Translations under genes and position numbers: made by a program | Assembly (NCBI GenBank): GCA_014332815.1 | Contig: JACSZT010000009.1 | Span: forward strand, 54,156-118,155 | Direction of reading: 5' to 3' | Source of the DNA: Weissella confusa | GTDB taxonomy: Bacteria; Bacillota; Bacilli; Lactobacillales; Lactobacillaceae | Length of the DNA stretch: 64,000 bases | In this document: positions 17,661-32,370 of the stretch, piece by piece | Layout of the letters: every line of letters begins with the position of its first letter | How positions within the stretch are numbered: position 1 is the first letter of the stretch | The notes under the pieces: generated by a model | Databases searched by the model: none | Told to the model about the DNA's origin: nothing | Seen by the model: only the letters and a program-made list of their open reading frames with translations

Positions 17661-17916
17661 TCGTAAATTACTTTAGCCCTTCAGCATGCTTACTGGTTAA
17701 CTTGAAGTCGCCTGATGTTCAAATTGTGATGCTATCAACGTGGAACATGAAGTCTGACTGGGAGCTATGGCATGCCAAGAATGACTTCCCACTCCGTCAA
17801 TATGAGAGTTCAAACAGTTTGTACGGTTTGATGCGTAAGCAATACAGCTTTGCCGCGTTCTCAAAGCAAAATATGTAAATAATCTATTCAATAACAGGAT
17901 AATTTGATATAGTTAT

Positions 17917-19302
17917 GGCAATGCCAACGACGTATGAAATTCTTGCTAGTCGTGGGGAAACGAGTGATATTCGTGGCTGGATGAATTTTACGTTCATCAC
18001 ATTGAATGATGCAGAACGTGATAACTTCATTCGTCGTTATAACGCATATGAAGAGGGGATGGATGAGCACGGCTTTATCAGCTCATTCTTGTTGCAACGT
18101 AACGATAATCAACAAATGTTTTTAATCTAATTGGGGAATAATGTGGAGGAAAACATAATGACTGAATACTTACATGTCGCCTTTGGTTCAAAGGCAGTGT
18201 TGCAAAATGTGCGTAACGAACACTTGGATCACAAGTTGTTGATGATGGTTGATGACGAAGATAAGTCTCGCTATCAGTTGCTTGAAAAGACAACGAATAA
18301 GAAGTCGATTTTTAAAACATGCAACTTCGTAAGAAGAATAACTTTGGTGGTTTGGCACTTGATTCAAATGAACAAGGCCGTTTGGTCGAGAGTGTGGCTG
18401 TTAAGGATGCGACTGGCGTTGATATTGCCGCATACGATGCTAATCAAAACGGACCAGAATATAAGTAAAGCGGATAGTTTTGACGGGTATTTTTGATATA
18501 AATTGGTTATCCCGAGACCCAAGTGATTTTGTTCGCGGTGGAAGATGGTATTAGCCCATACAATGACCCACTAGATGTCACGATGGAAACAAGCTTTACG
18601 ATTAACATCGTTAACAAGGATGTCCCATACCAACGCTGGTTTGATATGCCATTGGAAACCAGCTTGGGTACTTGGTACATCAAGAGCACGTCAAAGTCTT
18701 TGCTAGCTGAAACGACGTCACGCGGTTACATCGCCCGTCAACAATCAGAAGGTAACAACTAATAGAAGAGGGACCGGCATATTGCCGGTCCTTTTTTTGA
18801 CCAATAAAGCTGAAATTATTCTAAGATTAAATCAAAAGATGAGGTGATGAAGATGTATATTGAACTTGATGACTACGCAACGAACCGTGTGATGAACAAC
18901 TTTGATGACTTTACGTTTGAAAAGGCCGACAACGAGTTGGTTATGCGTAAGGGTAAGGACTTTTACCAATTGATCCGCCAAATTCGTACGAAGGTTGATT
19001 CAGAAGTGCCTGCCGATGTTACGCCATTGGTCGCACAAACAATCAACCAAAACGTTCAACAAAACTTGCGTATGTGTATGCAAATGCAATCAGGACCTTT
19101 TGCAGTAAATAAGCACGGAAAGAGGATTTGGCACATGGCATTCATGGTTAACTTGAAGGAAGTTTACATCGACCCAGCAGACGTTGAGGCTTACTTGACG
19201 GAAATCGCTAACCTTTGGCAAGGTGAAGAAGACAACTACGAGAACGAAGCTGTAACGTCACAAATTATGGACTTTGTTTACAACAAGGACACGGATGACG
19301 CA
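17917..19302 (+). other. Cluster of three small hypothetical proteins, block-permuted (about 124 aa MTEYLHVAFGSK...QMFLI*; about 89 aa MKMYIELDDYATNRV...; about 56 aa MAFMVNLKEVYIDPADVEAYLTEIANLW...TDDA*)
   Basis: ORFs rebuilt across piece junctions with RBS-like motifs and an internal terminator AGAAGAGGGACCGGCATATTGCCGGTCCTTTTTTTG (18768-18800). I recognise no family. Confidence 0.3.
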
Positions 19303-20292
19303 TAATTCAATATTCGATGATGACGCACATGCTTAATAATGCCATTGCGTCATTGTCATTAATCTCAATGGCGTTGCATTAATCGTTACACCGTGTGTTT
19401 CGAAAATGCAACATAAAAGGTGTTATGCAAACTCCCTTTATCAGTGAATATTTAATGTTTTTTCGCTAAACTAATACTTGTAATTAGTAAGTATGCGAAT
19501 TACCGCTAGTGGAGGAATTGATCTTCCGTGGCATCGTTCTGAACTACTTCTTTAAGGATGGACCATGGTGGCTGAACGTCGTGATTTCAGGTGTGCTGTT
19601 CGGGTATTTCCACGTCTTCCAAGATTTCCAAATTTTCGCCCTTATTCAATATTCACTGATGGGTGTCGCTTTAGCTGTGGTTTATAAGAAGACGAAACGC
19701 AAATTTAACGGGCATAAAGCCAATTGGATTTGGCGTGGGTACTTGATGATTATTGGTGCTGGCGTGGTGAGCGTGCTCCTGCAATATGTTTTCGCAGGCG
19801 GTGTACAAACCGCGACAAATCAACAGGCGCTTGAAAAAATGGCTAGCGCGGGTGGTGCAAACTTGGTGTTTGTCATCTTGTTAGCTGTTGTCGTGGTCGT
19901 AGGTGTTCTGTTGGACTTTGCGATTCAGGTAGCGGGGATGTACAGCGCACGTAGCATGGCTAGCTTGCTACATGTTTCGCCAAATAGTGCCGGTCCGATT
20001 ATAACGATGCTATTGTTTTTGGCGGTCTTTACGACAATTGCAGTATTAGTTGTGGGTTACGGTGTTCGTCAGCGATCACCTAAGATGGGCTTACAGCAGT
20101 CGCGAAAATAATGGCGTGGCCACTCTGGGTGTCAATCCCAGTATTCTTGCTCCTATTCGTCTTGATGACAGTTGTCATGTCATGGTTGACGGTAACGTTG
20201 CGATTAAAGGCGGAAAAGAAGGAGGAAGAGGCTAATCATGACTAAAGAACATAACTGGATTGGCGATATTATCACGGGTTTGATTTGGATTA
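19303..20292 (+). CDS. CPBP-family (CAAX/Abi) intramembrane metalloprotease, block-permuted
   Basis: ATG 20238 [20 protein letters not shown]; motifs EELIFRG and FGYFHV; C-terminus ...SMMTHMLNNAIASLSLISMALH* at about 19382. A 44-aa membrane ORF MAWPLWVSIPVFLLLFVLMTV... sits intact just upstream (20099-20233). Confidence 0.5.
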
Positions 20293-21282
20293 TTGGGACT
20301 AGGTGTCAGTGTTGCGAATGGTATTCCAGCAATTAAGGAAGCTGCTGATGTTGTGACGACGAAGACAAACAACGAAGGTGCGATTGCGGAAATTCTTGAA
20401 AAATACGTACTGTAAGGATAGGTAAATAATGGGATTAGCGTTGCAGATTGGCACGAGTATAATTACGGTGCTACTTTTTGTCGGGCTGGCCTTCGTGATG
20501 CAGTTCTTGCAGCGGTTGGTGCCGACCAAGTTGAAGCCACATTCTCATCTTCACGTTATGTTGAATTTAACAAGAAGGGTGTTGATAAGGGATCAGCATC
20601 ATTGCTGTTGGGTGAGAAGCTCGGTATTGCACGTGATGAAATTATTGCCGCTGGTGATAATAATAATGATTTGAAGATGCTGACTGCTTACGAGACGGTC
20701 GATGTGCACGTTTACACGGTCGACACACTATTCATCTACAACATCTCGCCAACTGATAAGCAATACATGGCTGAGCGTGGTGTGCCATATGAACTAATGG
20801 CGACGGATGACTTGGCATTCTTGGCTAATGAGCAACCGGTTATGAAGGTAATCTTTGAACACCCTGATGAGGCTGTGCGCGAACAATAGTTTGTGCCCAA
20901 CACTGGTCGTTCTTTCAAGTCAGTTCAAGAGCTGTTAAAGACTTTGGGGCTATATGATCAAGCTGGGCAATATGTTATCTCATACAATGGGGCAGCCATT
21001 GTTGAAAATAAAGACAACCAAGTCTTGTTGACGCGTGGTATGGATCTTGCGCTTGCTGAGAAGATTTTTAAGGCCGGTTTGGTGTAAAAATCAAATAATT
21101 ATTCATGAATTGGTAATAAGCGGTTGCCTTTATTTGTTACAATAGGGATAAACACACGGGGGATAATACAAATGGTATATAAAATGCTAGTTTCAGACTT
21201 AGATGAAACATTGTTAAATGATGATGGAACCGTCCACGAAGCCAATTTGGCGGCAATTAAGCAAGCTGTGGCGGCGGGATTT
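20293..21282 (+). CDS. Cof-type HAD-IIB hydrolase, block-permuted
   Basis: ATG about 21172 [37 protein letters not shown]; [20 protein letters not shown]; C-terminus ...[33 protein letters not shown] at about 20415. Confidence 0.6.
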
Positions 21283-21876
21283 AACTGATTTAACAACAGT
21301 TTGGAAAGCAGCACCCATGATGAAGGCGACAGCTAGGTCCATGACGTTTCCACGCATAATAAAGTCGCGGAACTCATTAATAAAATTACGCATCTGAATA
21401 CTCTCCTATAATCCTTTTGTTACTCTGATTATAACTGTTTCAGAAATGTGACAGCAAGCAAAAGCATTTGAAAAACAAAGTTCCTTTGACGTCAATGCTT
21501 GTGCCTTACGGATAGCCTTCAAAATCAAGAAGACCGCAAAACTAGTCAACAAGAATGTGATTAACGTTGAGATGAAAGCACCAATCTTGATGTCGGCAGA
21601 TCCCACGTGCCAGACGATGGCTGAAAATGAGATTGACCCCGTGACAATACCAACAAGTGGCATAATCAAGTCATCAACAGTCTTGACAAATAAAAAAAGA
21701 ATGCCAAGTAGGGATAAACCCCACCGTTTAGGCATTCCTTAGAAAGTGAATAAAATATGTCTATTTTATGTCGAAGATATCGTTCGGGTTTAGTCCTTCT
21801 TAGCGGCCAAAGCGTCACGGATTTCTTGCAAAACGCCAAGCTCTGTTTCGATCGTTGCTTCTTCCTCTTCTTCGAC
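21283..21876 (-). CDS. mscL: Large-conductance mechanosensitive channel MscL, block-permuted
   Basis: The - strand RBS TAGGAGAG plus ATG about 21396, [37 protein letters not shown], joins to [25 protein letters not shown]...FLILKAIRK; C-terminus ...[27 protein letters not shown] at about 21790. Confidence 0.7.
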
Positions 21877-22668
21877 GCAAAGAATGCTTGCGTCCCCAAA
21901 TGCTTTGCAATCAAATCAGTCAATGTCGTCTTACCAACACCAATCATACCTGCCGTGATAATCACCATGGTAGTCCTTCTTCCTTCAGAATTTTGTTTCA
22001 AGAATCGTCAACTACAGCATAAGCTGCGTTGAATAACTGATAACTATCTTAGCCAAAATATGAATTTAATTCAAAAAATGTTACCTTCGCGGTGGTTCTC
22101 TTGTGTGAAGAGGGCATCTTCATAAATTGAACGATCAAGGACATTGTTGTCGTCGGTCAAGGCCTTCTTAATCATCGCAAATCGCTTGTTCAAGAAGTAA
22201 ATTTGCAATAGGAAACCGTATTGCTTTGGATCAGCGTAGTATAGGGGCAAAACCGGGTTTTCGCCAACTGGCCTCTTGAAGTAGTAGCTACGCAATTCGT
22301 CATTATCTTCGAATTGTTCGTAGTCACGACCACGCTTCTTGATACGGTACAAGATCGTGTCAAAGTCAGCATCGGCGAAGACCATCAAGTCAGGACGTCC
22401 CTTTTGCATCGTTTGAATTTCGGCCATCATGTTGTTCAACAAAGTCATGTAAACATCAAGTTCGGCGTCTTAAAAAAGCCGTTAGCGCAGTGCTAACGGC
22501 TTTTTCAATCGTTACTTAACAGTTGCATCAAGTTCAGCCAAACGGGCGTCAATCGTCTCTAGGACGGCTTGACGGTTGGCTTCATCCTCAAGGTCAAATT
22601 GTTGCAAGTCGATTTTAATCTTTGGTGAAGCATCATATTCTTCATACCACTTTTGGTATGCGCTCCAC
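21877..22668 (-). CDS. Deoxynucleoside kinase (dCK/dGK family), block-permuted
   Basis: The - strand MVIITAGMIGVGKTTLTDLIAKHLGTQAFF starts at about 21968; NVLDRSIYEDALF; C-terminus ...KIDLQQFDLEDEANRQAVLETIDARLAELDATVK* at about 22518. Confidence 0.65.
22473..22505. terminator. Bidirectional terminator between the convergent dNK and P60 genes
   Basis: AAAAAAGCCGTTAGCGCAGTGCTAACGGCTTTTT. Confidence 0.5.
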
Positions 22669-24054
22669 GGTTGTTCTGGGGTGGTCACGGTGCTTCATGG
22701 CACGTTGCAATTTATATTGGTAACGGTCAATATGTGGCAGCGCCAGCACCAGGTTACAATGTCCGTGTGGAAAATGTGACAACTGGATTCATGCCTGACT
22801 TTGTTGGATCATATAACGCATAATATTAAAAACACAGATGATTAGTTGTCTGTGTTTTTTTATGCAAGTACGCTGGTCAAGACATTCCATACGTATGGGG
22901 TGGTAAGACACCAGCTGGTTTTGATTGCTCTGGCTTGGCTGCTTGGGTATTTAATGATGCGGGGCTAACGCTTCCTTCATATACGGTTACGGAAGAGTCA
23001 TACGTCTCAACGACTGACGTTAAGACGCCAGCTGACGTAATGGCGGTTGCCCAACCAGGTGACTTATCATCAGTAGTTGCATCAGAAGCGCCTGTTGAGG
23101 CACCAGCAACCTCTGCAACGCCAGCACAACCTTCAGAGGCGCCGGTCTCAGAAGCGTCAGTTGCGTCAGAAGCACCAGCTTCTGATTACGTGAATGCACC
23201 GGCAGCTGTGCAAGGTAGCTTGACGGCGGCACAACGTACGGCAATTGTTAACGCAGCATTGATAATTGGGCAAACCGTCTTTATTCCAGCAGCAGGGGCA
23301 ACGATTGCGACACCAGTTTCTGATGTGGCATCAGAAGTTGCTAGTGTGGCACCATCAGAAACGCCAACAGTGGCTGATTCTTCGGTTGCTTCACAAGCGC
23401 CAGTTGCATCAGAGGCACCAGTTGTTTCAGAAGCACCGGCCGTTTCAGAGACACCAACTGTAGTAGCGGAAAGCGCAGCGGTGACGCCAGCTGAGCAAGC
23501 TGTCGTATCAGAAGCGAAGGCAACGCCAGAGAAGCCAGCTGACACAATCACGTATACGATTAAGGATGGTGACACGCTAGGTCAACTAGCTGCGCAATAC
23601 GGGGTTTCAGTGGAGGCTATTCAAGCCTTGAACCCAGGCGTTGATGTCACAATGTTGCGTAAGCAAGTAACGACGAAGTCAGATGTTGTGCGCGATAAGG
23701 TGTTGGCAACATCACCAAAGATTTCTTTGCGTGCAGTTACTGATGTTGCACCAGTAGCGTCAGCAACTGATAAGGTGGGGGATATTGAGTTGCTAGCTAA
23801 CTCGGAGGCTGTATCACCTTCATCAGCTACGACCGTATACACGCCAGCGGCATCTTTAATCCTGAGAGGAGTAGTTCATATGGGACAAGTATCAACTAAA
23901 GCAATCGTTGCTGGTGTTGCTGGTGCGCTAGGAGTTGTCGCAACAACGCAAGTGCCAATGGTACAAGCAGCGGTTGATCAATTAGCAAACATCACAACTG
24001 ATTCAGAACATGTTGCGACGACACATGAGGCGTCAGCTGTTTTGACCGATGATG
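22669..24054 (+). CDS. NlpC/P60 peptidoglycan hydrolase with LysM domain and Ser/Ala/Pro/Glu-rich linker, block-permuted
   Basis: GAGAGGAG RBS plus ATG 23880 MGQVSTKAIVAGVAGALGVVATTQVPMVQAAVD (signal-like); LysM TYTIKDGDTLGQLAAQYGVSVEAIQALNPG; catalytic PYVWGGKTPAGFDCSGLAAWVF...WHVAIYIGNGQYVAAPAPGYNVRVENV; stop about 22813, followed by terminator AAAAACACAGATGATTAGTTGTCTGTGTTTTTTT (22824-22858). Confidence 0.6.
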
Positions 24055-24252
24055 TCCTGTGACACTTTTTTGATTGGCGTGATTTTTCTAAATTTTACCA
24101 AAACATAGATTTTGTATTTGACATCGGAAATTGTGAATATTTCTATCAGAACGTTTGTTCCCCTAATTTTTAAAGTAAAAGTAGGGTATTATAGAGTAGT
24201 CGAGATATTATTTAAAACTTTCTTAACACTTTTTCTGTAGACGAGAGTATAT

Positions 24253-26232
<1,980 letters not shown>

Positions 26233-27220
26233 CTTGTCACGTTATGAATTAACTGAAATGGAGCGTTTGACGAAGTCAGTTGATCCAGATGCGTTTATTA
26301 ATATTGTTAATACAGTTAACGTCTCAAGCAATTTCTGGAATGAAGATTTGCAGAGCCAAATTCGCCGTGAGCGACTAGCTGCACAAGCACAAATTACCGA
26401 GGCATTGAATTTGGATGCTGAGGCTGATAATACGATTATTGGTATCTATGCGACGTCGGTTGCGGTTGATTCAATTCACACGCGTCACCAAAAGCTGACG
26501 GCATTCATTGTTACGAAGCGTTCTGATGAAGTTGTTAAGGCACTTCAAGAAAATTTGATTCGCGGTATTACGATTTTGCCTTCAGTGGGTGCGTACACAC
26601 GTGAACCAAACACGACGTTGATGATGGTGGGTTTGTTTGGGGGGGTGCTACTAGGGGTGGCTATTGGTATCACGTTTAAGTTGGGATTCTCAACGGGTGG
26701 TATGGATATTGTGGCGATGATTGTCCAAAAGACGACTGGTAAGTCAATTGGGTTCATCAACTTGTTTATTAACGGGTTCGTTGTTGTCATCGCTGGTTCA
26801 TTTATTGGTTGGCAAAACGCGATGTAATTCTTTAAAGCAGTGTTTGGTATCAATGTTGAAGTTGGAGCCATTATCATGGCTGTTAATATTCCACTAGCAA
26901 TTGCCGGTTGGATTTACGCTGGACGAGAATTTACGATTCTATCATTTTTGAATAACTTCTTTGCGTCGTTCATGCAAATTATGTTGCCAAAGCAAACGCT
27001 GGTTGCACATGAGCCAATTTTGGCCTGTGATAATATAGGGACGATTAAAAAACGACGTAAGGAGGCGGCACTTGTGAACATTGCACGTGTACGTGAGTAT
27101 GGACTAAAGGCAATTGTCTTCGTAACAGCATCGGTTTTGGTTGCTATTTCGATGAATAATTTCTTTATCCCAAATAATATCTTCTCCGGCGGATTTAACG
27201 GAGTTGCGCAGCTGCTTAGT

Positions 27221-28805
27221 TTCTAATTCAGCTGCATCAATCGTTATTTCAAAGTCAGAAAAGGACTTTGACGAAGAAAAGAGCTTGCGTTATGTCGCAG
27301 CAATGAACGACTAAAAGTGATGACGGAATCTTGCTAATGCAAGGTTCCGTTTTTTGGTAGTTTGAAGTGTTTCAATATGTTGTCAAACCTGACATCTAGT
27401 GTGGTCTAACCATGAAAACTCCTTGTCTATTGAACACCAATTGACGTTGTTGGTTGTGTTGATGATTACCTCAAAGGGAATGGCTGGTGTGCCAGGAGCA
27501 TCATTCGTAGTGCTGTTGGCAACTGTTTCAACTATTGGTGTGCCAGTACAAGGTTTGGCCTTTATCGCTGGTATTGATCGTTTGGTTGACATGGGTCGTA
27601 CAGTGGTTAACGTTGTTGTGGAAGAAATTATTTTGGCCTTTACGACGGCATCTTCAGAAGCAACTTTGCCACGTATCGTGTCAAAGATGGAGAAGTTTGG
27701 TGTTAGCCAAGGTGTTGTGTCATTCGTTGTGCCAACTGGCTACACGTTTAACTTGGATGGATCTGCCATTTACCAAGCGCTGGGTGCGTTGTTTATGGCC
27801 CAAGCTTACGGCATTCTGGTTATGCAAGTTGCGCCAATTGGTGTTGGTGCCTTGATCGGTGCAACGGTTGCCCAAATGGGTGTTAGCTCATTGGGGTCAC
27901 TTGGCTTCTTTATCTTCATCGCCTACGTCACGATGATTTTCTTCATCTTGGTTGTCTTGGGTGGTGTCTTACACTTCTTCGGTGTCAACATTTGGACATT
28001 GATCAAGGTGTTGACTGAACACGGTGTTTGGGCAACGTTGATGGATATTATTCCAACGAACTTCTTCGGCTCATTGGCTGAAGACAAGATGTTGCAAGTT
28101 ATCTTCTTCGCTGTATTCTTTGGTTTGGGTACAGCAGCCATCGGTCCTAAGGGTCAAATTATTATTGACTTCTTGGACGCTGTTGCCGAGGTGATGTTTA
28201 AGGTAACCAACTCTATTGCCAAGATGGGTGATATGCACAAACTAGGCCGTATCGGTGGTAAGACGATTATCTACTTCGAAGTGTTGTCTACGTTGGCGAT
28301 TGTCATTGGTTTGTTGGCTGGAAACATTTTCCAACCAGGTGCCCATGTTGATATTCACAACTTGCAAGCATCAAACATTAGTTCATACTTGAGCTCCGCT
28401 AAGGAAGCTGCGCAAAAAACAAAGAAGCAAAAGCGAAGCATTGGGCTTGGCTGGCGTATTTTGTTAGGGCTGGTTGTGGGAATTATTTTGGGTGTGATTT
28501 TCTACCAAAATAAGACTGCGATTACGGCCATGCAAAATATCGGATCAATGTTTATTGGATTGATTCAAATGATTGTGTTGCCAATTGTGTTGTCTAGTTT
28601 GACGGCGGTGCAATAAGAAAGCTGATTCCGTTTGGAATCAGCTTTTTTTGTTGCATTTCACGTATATATAATTAGTAAAACGTTTAATGATAAAAATATA
28701 ATTTTATTAGGGTTAATTTCATAATTTGTTATGAAAAAGGCGTGAAATAGTGTAAACTATAACGAGTGATATTTTCTATAAGGATTTGGTTTTCATATAA
28801 TGAGC
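27221..28805 (+). CDS. Na+:dicarboxylate / amino-acid symporter (DAACS, GltT-like), block-permuted
   Basis: ATG 28800 MS joins across 28806/28411 to [67 protein letters not shown]...; C-terminus ...[21 protein letters not shown] at about 27315, then hairpin GGAATCTTGCTAATGCAAGGTTCCGTTTTTTGG. Confidence 0.6.
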
Positions 28806-29202
28806 GTTACGTACACTGTTCGTAAGATTTCTAACGGTGTTGGTGTGGAGCGTACGTTCCCATTGCACTCACCACGTGTTGACAAGATCGAAGTGACTCG
28901 TCACGGTCGTGTACGTCGCGCTAAGTTGTACTACTTGCGTGCATTGCACGGTAAGGCTGCTCGTATCCGCGAAGCACGCCGCGCCTAATGACATTACGTC
29001 ATTAGTTGTCGACTAGGAGATTTGATTATGCGTCAAAACGCTTTGCTAGAAAAGTTGGTTGCTGATCAATTGCGTACGGACATTCCTGAGTTCCGTGCCG
29101 GTGATTCAGTTCGTGTCCACGCTCGAATCGTTGAAGGTTCACGTGAGCGTGTGCAAATGTTCGAAGGTGTTGTTATCAAGCGTAAGGGTACTGGCATCCA
29201 AG
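28806..29202 (+). CDS. rplS: 50S ribosomal protein L19, block-permuted (two pieces)
   Basis: ATG 29028 [58 protein letters not shown] joins across 29202/28807 to [60 protein letters not shown] (28988). Confidence 0.75.
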
Positions 29203-30192
29203 TTATCTTCGTCGCCCAGATTTGCTTGAAAACTATGACTTCACAAAGGAAGAGCGTCAATTGCTCAACGAAGTGAAGGATGAAGAAGCGAATAAGTAGG
29301 ATTAATACTTGTTAAAGGACACCAGAGATGATATTATTATTTCTGGTGTTTTATTCACCAAAAAATAAACCCGATAATCCGCTGGCCAGGTGGTGAAATG
29401 CGCCACGGTTCGTTTGTTGGATGAAGCTTTGGGTGATCGAATGTCAGCCGTTGATGATTCATTCTCAACTGGCTTGCTTGAGTATCCACAATACACGCGT
29501 CCTGCTGATTTCCGTGGGATGAAGGTACCTGATGTGTTGATGTCAGGCCACCACGCTAACATTGCGAAGTGGAAGAAGAAGGAGGCCTTGCGCCGTACAG
29601 TTATTTTGATGGACCCAGCTGGTAAGACGTTCAACCAAGAGATGGCTGAAGAACTTGCTAAGGAAGATCACTTGACGTTTATTGCAGGTCACTACGAAGG
29701 GTATGACGAGCGTATTCGCGATTTGGTAACCGACGAAATTTCACTTGGTGACTTTGTACTAACTGGTGGTGAACTTGGTGCGATGGTGGTCATCGAACGT
29801 GAATCAATCATCGGTAAGACCATTGAACGTGGCTTGGTAGATTTTAAGGTGACGGACTTCCGTGACTATACTGATAACAAGCACAACAAGGTTGATGACG
29901 AAATTTATGGTGGTGGCCAAGGCATGTTGTTGATGCCACAACCTATTTTCGACGCAATGGATGCCATTGAGTCAGAAGCAGGTTCACGTGGTCGCAGAAA
30001 TCATGGAATTGCCAGCCAACGATGTTTGGGTCGTGAAGGCCAAGGGACAAGATGATATTTTCTTGCCATACATTGAAAACGTTGTAACGGAAATTGATCT
30101 TGATGCAGGTGTTGCTAAGGTCAACATGCTTGAGGAAATTTAATCATGCGCATTGATGTTTTAAGTTTATTCCCAAATATGTTTACGCCAAT
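29203..30192 (+). CDS. trmD: tRNA (guanine37-N1)-methyltransferase, block-permuted
   Basis: ATG about 30146 [17 protein letters not shown]...; [51 protein letters not shown]; C-terminus ...[30 protein letters not shown] at about 29297; hairpin 29322-29356 precedes rplS. Confidence 0.75.
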
Positions 30193-30588
30193 GTCGTAAC
30201 CACAAGCAATTCGTGTTGTTGTCATTCAAGGATTTGCAAAACATTAACTTGGTTGAGCAATACAAGACGCACGATTTGATGGTGCCTGAAGAAGCACTGC
30301 AAGACTTGGCAGATGATGAATACTACTACCACGAAATCGTCGGTTTGGATGTCGTAGACAATGCGACTGGTAAGACGCTTGGTAAGGTAGAGGGTAAAGA
30401 TGAAACTAGTATTAAGAGGAAGACTGATATTATGGCTTTGTACAAAGTAGGAACAATCGTTAATACACACGGTATCCGTGGTGAAGTCCGTGTGATTGCA
30501 ACGACTGACTTTCCTGAAGAGCGTTTCCAAAAGGGCAGCAAGTTAATCATCGATGGCAAGACGCCAGTTGAAGTTGAGATTGCAACGG
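29995..30588 (+). CDS. rimM: Ribosome maturation factor RimM, block-permuted
   Basis: ATG about 30433 [52 protein letters not shown]; ...[29 protein letters not shown]; C-terminus ...[45 protein letters not shown] at 30143. Confidence 0.65.
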
Positions 30589-31380
30589 AGTCCAGCCTTG
30601 CATACGACGATACTTGTTTAGATAAGTTTGGCCGTGTCGAACCATATAGACATTTATGCTCATAAAAATTTATCCCCCGTGTATATGCCTTTAGTTTAGC
30701 AAAGATGGTCGAATAATTCTTGTTTAGTTGGGATAAAAATTAAGGTATACTAGAAGTTAGCAAATTAACCGAAAACTTTACTGTAACCCGAAAAATTGTT
30801 CGCGGAAATCAGGTAGTTCAACCAAATCTTGGCTGTCGCCAGTTAGATTGGCATCCATCACATAACGAGCCGTTTGTGCCGCGCGGGCTAGGTCTGAAGA
30901 GTACACGCCGTCAAAGTGGACGTGACGCAGACGTTCACCGGCTGCTTGACCGTCCGCAATCCCTTTTTCCGTTAGCGGTGCGTTTTCGAGTCCGTTATTA
31001 ATACGTGTCCAAAACATATTCGCGTCCTCGGCGTCACCGGCCGGATCAGCCTCGCGGAATGCGTCCATCAACGCATTGCTGTCCATGCTTTGAATCAAGT
31101 CACCGTATGTCGTATCAGCCGGTAAACCAAGTACGTTAGCTAACTCATGACCAGCTTCAACACCAGATAGCCCGTCGAAAGACTACCATTCAGTTGTCGT
31201 GTCGTTAAACGTATCGATGTGCAAGCCGTCTTCGTCGAGTTGCCACGTCGTAACGGAACCGTTTTCCGGTTCAACACCTTTGTAGTCAGGGCCAGCAAAA
31301 CGGTTGGTTAGGTTAATCAACAAGATACCGTGAACAACCAGCAGAACATTATCGCCGTCTTTGTGGGTTTGTAACAGGGT
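30589..31380 (-). CDS. Histidine phosphatase (phosphoglycerate-mutase family), block-permuted
   Basis: The - strand N-terminus [19 protein letters not shown] starts at about 30655 and joins to ...[44 protein letters not shown]...REQFFG, then [21 protein letters not shown]...; C-terminal region ...[12 protein letters not shown]... lies in 31182-31379. Confidence 0.5.
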
Positions 31381-32370
31381 AGTTGATGCAACAGGTAACT
31401 AACGATGGGATTCTTTATTTTTAGAATTATTTTAGCGATTGCGATTATTGCAGCAGTTTACATGGGATACAAAGCCTACGAAGCGTACAAGGGTGATCAA
31501 AACCAACAAGATAAGCACCATCACGAAGACGATATATAGTTAAAGCCCTGATGATTTTGCGGTCATCAGGGCTTTTGTCAAGAAGGCTGAATTGGAAGCT
31601 AAGACAAAGGAAACACAAGCTAAGGCTGATGCTGACGCTAAGATTACAGCAGCGAACGCCGAAGCTGAAGCTAACAACAAGATTAATGCGTCAATCAACG
31701 ACCAAACGATTGCTTACATGGAGGCACAAGCCCGCTTGAAGCATGGTTGGGTAACGGTGCAAACAAACGATGCCATGGAATCAATGGCACAATTTACATT
31801 GTTGGAAGTCGTTGGAACTGATTCAACGAAGGCACAAGCAGGTATCTTGAAGGGCTTCCAAAAGTCGGCAGAACCTTATGGCTTTGTGATTGAAGATTTG
31901 TCATTCGGAACGCCATCAATTGATGAGCAAACGCAAAAGTCAATTGATGATATTATCAAGGCTGGTCAAGACAAATATCCAATTAAGACGCAATCTATTA
32001 AGCAAAAGGTTGCGGTCGCCACTTCTGATGGTAAGAAGACGGATGTGAAGATTAGTTATTCTTACCACGTTGATCCATCTAAGGCAGTTTCAATCTACAA
32101 GAAGTTTGGATCAGCTGACATTCACACCATTGAAACTGGCTGGTTGGCACAGAAATTGCAAAAGGCAGCGCGCGGGAGAAGTATGGGTAAACAGATTAAG
32201 GTTATTGCTTGGGCAGTTGTGGTAGTATTGCTAGCCATCGTTGGCGGATTCAAGTTTTTTGAACGCGTTGATAATGGTAACGTTGGTATCCGTTATGCCA
32301 TTTCAGGTGGTGTACGTGATAAGGCGCTCTCACAAGGAATTCGCTTTGTTGGATTGGACTATGTGACCCA
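31381..32370 (+). CDS. SPFH / band-7 family membrane protein, block-permuted, with an overlapping small membrane ORF at its 3' end
   Basis: N-terminus MGKQIKVIAWAVVVVLLAIVGGFKFFERVDNGNVGIRYAISGG at about 32182; C-terminus ...NDAMESMAQ..VTNDGILYF* at about 31410; an intact 48-aa ORF MGFFIFRIILAIAIIAAVYMGYKAYEAYKGDQNQQDKHHHEDDI (31383-31530) precedes terminator AAAGCCCTGATGATTTTGCGGTCATCAGGGCTTTTG (31541-31576). Confidence 0.45.

Noticed and set aside
23040-23520. Ser/Ala/Pro/Glu/Val-rich repetitive region (VASEAPV.. units)
   Set aside because: A low-complexity linker of the LysM-NlpC/P60 cell-wall hydrolase, typical for this family; not a repeat element.
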